A DNA stretch of 64,000 bases from Candidatus Ozemobacteraceae bacterium. GTDB lineage: Bacteria; Muiribacteriota; Ozemobacteria; Ozemobacterales; Ozemobacteraceae. Below the pieces are notes generated by a model. It searched no databases. It had not been told where the DNA came from and saw only the letters and a list, made by a program, of their open reading frames with translations. The stretch covers positions 5,142,295-5,206,294 of the forward strand of contig OZ223236.1 of assembly GCA_965140445.1 (NCBI GenBank), read 5' to 3'. Made by a program: the position numbers and the translations under genes. Below, piece by piece: positions 60,108-64,000 of the stretch (within the stretch, counting starts at the first letter, position 1; every line of letters starts with the position of its first letter).

Positions 60108-61465
60108 ACTTTTTTAATCTTTCGCCTTATTAAATCGTGCTTCTTGAGCTTATAAATAAGATTCCGCCTGCTCATACCCAAAAACTCAGCCGTTTGTTCT
60201 CTATTTCCATCAAAACGAGCCAATGCTTCAAGCAATGCTTTTTTCTCAGCCTCCATTAGAGGCTCATCTGACTCTTTGTTTTTTTTGTCTGCAAGCTGAA
60301 TACCATGAATATGCTTTAGCTTCAAAACATCTTCATCGCATAGCAGCACTGAAGCTTCAATCACGTTGGACAGCTCGCGAACATTTCCTGGCCATTTGTA
60401 ATCCAGTAAAGCATTCTTAAATTCGTTGCTTAATTCTGGAACAGGTTTACCAAAACGCTCTGCAGCTTCTTTAATAAAAAGCTCCCCTAAAAATACAATG
60501 TCTTCCGGCCTTTCTCTCAAAGGGGGAATATGCAGGGTAAAAACAGAAATTCTGTAAAAAAGATCTTCTCTGAAACTTCCTTCATCGCACTGAAATTTTA
60601 GATCTCTATTTGTTGCAGCAATCATTCTTGAGTTAAAACGAATTATCTGAGATCCACCCACTCTTCTAAATTCCTTCTCTTGCAATGCTCTTAAAAGCTT
60701 TGGCTGAAGAGCAATAGACATCTCTCCAATTTCATCAAGAAACAAGGTTGAGTTGTTTGCCTCTTCAAAGCGCCCGGTCTTCCTATCTGTTGCTCCTGTG
60801 AAAGCACCTTTCTCGTGACCAAACAATTCACTTTCTAAAAGGGTTTCAACGATCGCAGCACAGTTCACTGCAACCATTTCCATAGCAGAGCGCTTGCTAT
60901 TAAGATGGATAAATTGCGCCATTCTTTCTTTTCCAGTCCCGGATTCGCCAGTAATTAAAACAGTTACATCGGTCTTAGAGACTTTTGCTGCTGTTTCCAG
61001 GACTTTTTTCATAGCTGGCGAGGCGCAAGGAAATGGGTCCACCGATTTTTTGGCATTTAGATGTAACTTACTTTGTTTTTTCAATTGAGTAAGTTCTAAA
61101 ACCCGCTCTATGGTCAAAATTAAATCATCAACATGCGGAAGCGGCTTTGTTAGATAATCAGCTGCCCCTTCTTTAATAGCTTCAACGGCTGAAGGAATAG
61201 AGCCGTAAGCTGTTAAAAAAATGATTGGGAGATCAGGACTTTTTTTATGAATTCTCTTCATAAGTTCACGTCCATCCATGCCCGGCATCATCAAGTCCAA
61301 TATGGCCACGTCAATCTGCCTTCTTGAAAAAATCTCCAGAGCGTCTTTTCCTGATTCCGCAGAAATAGTTTCATAGTTAGAATCATTTAAAACAGCAGAA
61401 AGCATTGATCTATAAGCTTCCTCGTCGTCTACAATTAAAACGCAGGCTTTAAATTCTTCTTTCAT
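60104..61465 (-). CDS. Sigma54-dependent response regulator (NtrC/ZraR/AtoC-type)
   Basis: Receiver; GESGTGKE, ESELFGHEKGAFTGA, FREDLFYR, WPGNVREL; Fis-type HTH. Confidence 0.95.
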   Translation of the reverse strand: MKEEFKACVLIVDDEEAYRSMLSAVLNDSNYETISAESGKDALEIFSRRQIDVAILDLMMPGMDGRELMKRIHKKSPDLPIIFLTAYGSIPSAVEAIKEGAADYLTKPLPHVDDLILTIERVLELTQLKKQSKLHLNAKKSVDPFPCASPAMKKVLETAAKVSKTDVTVLITGESGTGKERMAQFIHLNSKRSAMEMVAVNCAAIVETLLESELFGHEKGAFTGATDRKTGRFEEANNSTLFLDEIGEMSIALQPKLLRALQEKEFRRVGGSQIIRFNSRMIAATNRDLKFQCDEGSFREDLFYRISVFTLHIPPLRERPEDIVFLGELFIKEAAERFGKPVPELSNEFKNALLDYKWPGNVRELSNVIEASVLLCDEDVLKLKHIHGIQLADKKNKESDEPLMEAEKKALLEALARFDGNREQTAEFLGMSRRNLIYKLKKHDLIRRKIKKV

Positions 61466-62833
61466 CTAGATTTCCTCATTCAGGCAAACTTCTGCCATAA
61501 CTGTATTTTTGTTCAAATTAACTAATTTCAGACTTCCATTCTGCTGTTCTGCAAGCTTTTTGCAAATGGGAAGCCCTAGACCATATCCGCGAGTTTTTGT
61601 AGAAAAGAATGGTTCAAACTTATTTTTTTCTACTTCATCGCTAAGCTGGCCTGGATTCAGAAACTGAAGCCTTGCTAAACCATTTGATGTTTCAAGAATT
61701 ACTTGAATTTCATCATTTGTTCCAGCCTCATCAGCAGCATTTTTCAAGAGATTTAGAATGATCTGATGCATTGAATTTGAATCATACAGACAAAAAACAT
61801 CGTTATCAGGCAATTTCAAAACAATTTTGAACTTCTCGTGCTGGCTTTTGAAAAAGTTCACAGAATCTGCCACAGTCGACTTTAGATTAAGCTTTACAAG
61901 TTGACATTCAGTAGGGTTTGAAAAATCCAGAATACTTCTGGTTAAGGTTTCAAGTCTAAATGTTTCATTTTCAATAGTTTCTGTCATTGGCTTTAAATCA
62001 GGAGAGTCATTTAGTTTTCGATTCAATAACTGGGCCATCCCGCGCACTGCCCCTAACGGATTCTTAATTTCGTGAGCTAACCTGGCTGACATTTTTCCAA
62101 CTGAAGCCATGTGGGACTCTTTTTGCATCTTCTGATGCAGAACCGCCAAGCGATTCTGTACAAACAAGATGCCCACCCACATAAAAGTCATTGCAAACCA
62201 GACAATTGGCCATAGATAGCTCTGATAAACAAGTGGGGCAATCATTTTTCGGTCTGGACCTCTGAAAACAATGAAAAAACTCATTCTATCGTTTTTATCA
62301 CTATTCTGTTCTGGGACAGTTGTCTCTCGCATCCACGGAGGGCCCTGACCGGCTCCATGCCACCTTCCTCCACCTCCGGAACCTGGACCGGTAAACTTTC
62401 TGAAAACTGTAAATTCCGAATCAATAATGGCTGAGCCAATTTCTGGTTTTGCTACCCTACCTAACTCTTTCTCAAATCCGATTTGGGAAAAACTGGCGAT
62501 AACCTTTTCTCCCATCATAATACCAGCGCCAATAACAGAGCTTTCACTTCCGACAATTTCTTTAAGAATTGCAGGATTCCGAAAAAACATCCCCGGACTG
62601 TACCCGCTTTCATGAATAATTCGTGTAAAGACGGTTTTTCCCTCTCTATCAGCAGCCCACTTAAGCAATGTTTCAGATTGATCAAGATTCCATCTTGAGA
62701 GTGCAATTGAGATGCAGCCCGAAACAATTAAAAAGAGTACAAGTAGAGAAATTTTAAGCCGAGAATCAAGAATCAAACCTTGATTTTTATTCTCAGCAAC
62801 ATTATTTAACGTAGTTTTAAAGTTATTTTTCAT
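61466..62833 (-). CDS. Membrane sensor histidine kinase (ZraS-like)
   Basis: Two TMs; Gly-rich periplasmic loop GPGSGGGGRWHGAGQGPPWM; LAHEIKNPL; PFFSTK..GYGLGL. Confidence 0.9.
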   Translation of the reverse strand: MKNNFKTTLNNVAENKNQGLILDSRLKISLLVLFLIVSGCISIALSRWNLDQSETLLKWAADREGKTVFTRIIHESGYSPGMFFRNPAILKEIVGSESSVIGAGIMMGEKVIASFSQIGFEKELGRVAKPEIGSAIIDSEFTVFRKFTGPGSGGGGRWHGAGQGPPWMRETTVPEQNSDKNDRMSFFIVFRGPDRKMIAPLVYQSYLWPIVWFAMTFMWVGILFVQNRLAVLHQKMQKESHMASVGKMSARLAHEIKNPLGAVRGMAQLLNRKLNDSPDLKPMTETIENETFRLETLTRSILDFSNPTECQLVKLNLKSTVADSVNFFKSQHEKFKIVLKLPDNDVFCLYDSNSMHQIILNLLKNAADEAGTNDEIQVILETSNGLARLQFLNPGQLSDEVEKNKFEPFFSTKTRGYGLGLPICKKLAEQQNGSLKLVNLNKNTVMAEVCLNEEI

Positions 62834-62872
62834 AAATATCCTGCTAATAATCTGGAATCTTTACTTTACCTA

Positions 62873-62889
62873 AGCAATTTGTGAGCCAA
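62873..62889 (-). promoter_or_regulatory. Sigma54 promoter for the kinase/regulator operon
   Basis: Minus strand TTGGCTCACAAATTGCT (GG-N10-GC), 40 nt upstream of the kinase ATG. Confidence 0.7.
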
Positions 62890-62961
62890 AGAATTAAGTA
62901 GAATGATATCTCTGTATTAGAGGCTTTTTGCACTTGAAGCTCTACATTTTATGTTATCCGA

Positions 62962-63006
62962 AAAGTGCAATGCTTTGCACTAACAAAGTGAAAACCTTTG
63001 CACTTT
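62962..63006. promoter_or_regulatory. Two tandem palindromic candidate enhancer (UAS) sites
   Basis: AAAGTGCA-atgctt-TGCACTAA (62962-62983) and AAAGTGAA-aacctt-TGCACTTT (62985-63006), 23-bp period. Confidence 0.6.
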
Positions 63007-63089
63007 GACTTTTTTGGCAGGGGAATATTTTTTTATTTTACTCTTCCCAATTCTTTTATTAAAGGGACTTTCGAAGAACAAAGAAAAGT

Positions 63090-63106
63090 TTGGCACGACT
63101 GTTGCA
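63090..63106 (+). promoter_or_regulatory. Sigma54 promoter for the lipoprotein operon
   Basis: TTGGCACGACTGTTGCA, an exact TGGCACG-N4-TTGC consensus. Confidence 0.9.
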
Positions 63107-63147
63107 ATATCAAGTTTAACAACATTTTTACTCGGAGGAATTTGAAA

Positions 63148-63837
63148 TTGAAAAAAATCGCTTTTTTAACACTTATGGTTGGATTTATGGCTTTTTTTAC
63201 AGGTTGTGCCAGCACAGGAGCTTCATCAGGAACCGACTTTGTTTCAGCAACTAATGAAGAAATAGCAGCAGTGGAAAGTAGCTTGCTACTTGACCGTGTA
63301 TTAGCAGCAGAAACAATAGGTGTGACATCACCAGAAATCCTTGCATCAACAGTTGGAGCTTCCGGTCCCATGAAATACAGAAATAGATTCTACCAGGCTG
63401 AAAATCGTGGCACTGAATTTGGACTTAGCAGAGGGACAGGAACTTGTATTGCTTTAGTTTCATCCGACAGCATCATCCTAGGCGCTGAGCAAGCGACTGT
63501 AGAAAAGTTAGATTCAGGAGCAATAAAAATCACAAGAGGTAATGGAACTGTTATTGAAACACCTATACCTACAGCTGCAGGCGAAATTTCAAGCTTTAAT
63601 GTAGACGGAATTGAGTGGCAGGCGACTTACGGCTCTTTAACAACAGATCCGCTCGTAACACTCAAGAATACAAGATCTGGAATGATACTTCAGGTTACAG
63701 AGCTTGATGATGGAAGCATAACAATTGTGAGAGACAGCTCTGAAGTGTTTTCAGGAAGATGGTCTGAAGACGGTTCTCTTCAGCTCGCAGATGGCCAGGG
63801 AAAAATGTATCGATACAGATACGGAAGAAATATTTAA
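63148..63837 (+). CDS. Hypothetical lipoprotein
   Basis: TTG 63148 with SD GGAGG; KKIAFLTLMVGFMAFFTG-C lipobox; the upstream ORF-track extension overlaps the promoter. Confidence 0.75.
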   Translation: MKKIAFLTLMVGFMAFFTGCASTGASSGTDFVSATNEEIAAVESSLLLDRVLAAETIGVTSPEILASTVGASGPMKYRNRFYQAENRGTEFGLSRGTGTCIALVSSDSIILGAEQATVEKLDSGAIKITRGNGTVIETPIPTAAGEISSFNVDGIEWQATYGSLTTDPLVTLKNTRSGMILQVTELDDGSITIVRDSSEVFSGRWSEDGSLQLADGQGKMYRYRYGRNI

Positions 63838-63854
63838 ACCAGGGAGAAAAAGTA

Positions 63855-64000
63855 ATGAAAAGAATTAGTCTTATGATTCTAGCAATCTTCATTCTCAGTG
63901 TAATGGCAGTAGATGCTCAAAGCACAAGCTCCAGACCTTATCAGTCAGGGCGCGGAAAGTTTCAGGTTTCAAAAACAAATGTTGTAGCATCCACCGAATC
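63855..64000 (+). CDS. Secreted protein, partial at window edge
   Basis: SD GGGAG; MKRISLMILAIFILSVMAVDA signal peptide; open to the end of the window. Confidence 0.65.
   Translation, partial: MKRISLMILAIFILSVMAVDAQSTSSRPYQSGRGKFQVSKTNVVASTE

Noticed and set aside
1..64000. CRISPR arrays, IS elements, prophage or integrase genes, rRNA
   Set aside because: None recognised by eye in the ORF set or intergenic sequence.

Overview
AT-rich, gene-dense bacterial chromosome segment with no rRNA, CRISPR array, integrase or transposase that I could recognise. The gene content suggests an anaerobe, possibly Ca. Riflebacteria-like (inference only). Main blocks: (i) two tandem membrane HAMP-SpoIIE/PP2C paralogues; (ii) an MhqR-like MarR plus azoR; (iii) several hybrid histidine kinases, one split at a T_TTA_AAG -1 slippery heptamer; (iv) nitroreductase, a rubrerythrin-like gene and two paralogous unknown Cys-rich small proteins; (v) secreted S8 and S41 proteases; (vi) a B12-dependent glutamate/methylaspartate operon (GntR-glmS-glmL-glmE-mal-AtuA-DUF4387-[P-loop + AlaX-like editing domain]-class I fumarase); (vii) an RtcR/sigma54 RNA-repair locus (SPFH-rtcA-rtcB) whose ~420-nt leader carries a bulged hairpin and a tRNA-like RNA with an AAC anticodon and a broken or displaced acceptor stem; (viii) hflX with a probable ATA start; (ix) a ZraSR-like two-component system with back-to-back sigma54 promoters flanking two candidate enhancer palindromes. 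The best candidates for something undescribed are the rtc leader tRNA mimic, the editing-domain NTPase and AtuA/DUF4387 pair in the methylaspartate operon, and the Cys-rich pair. All product calls come from motif recognition by eye; no searches were run.
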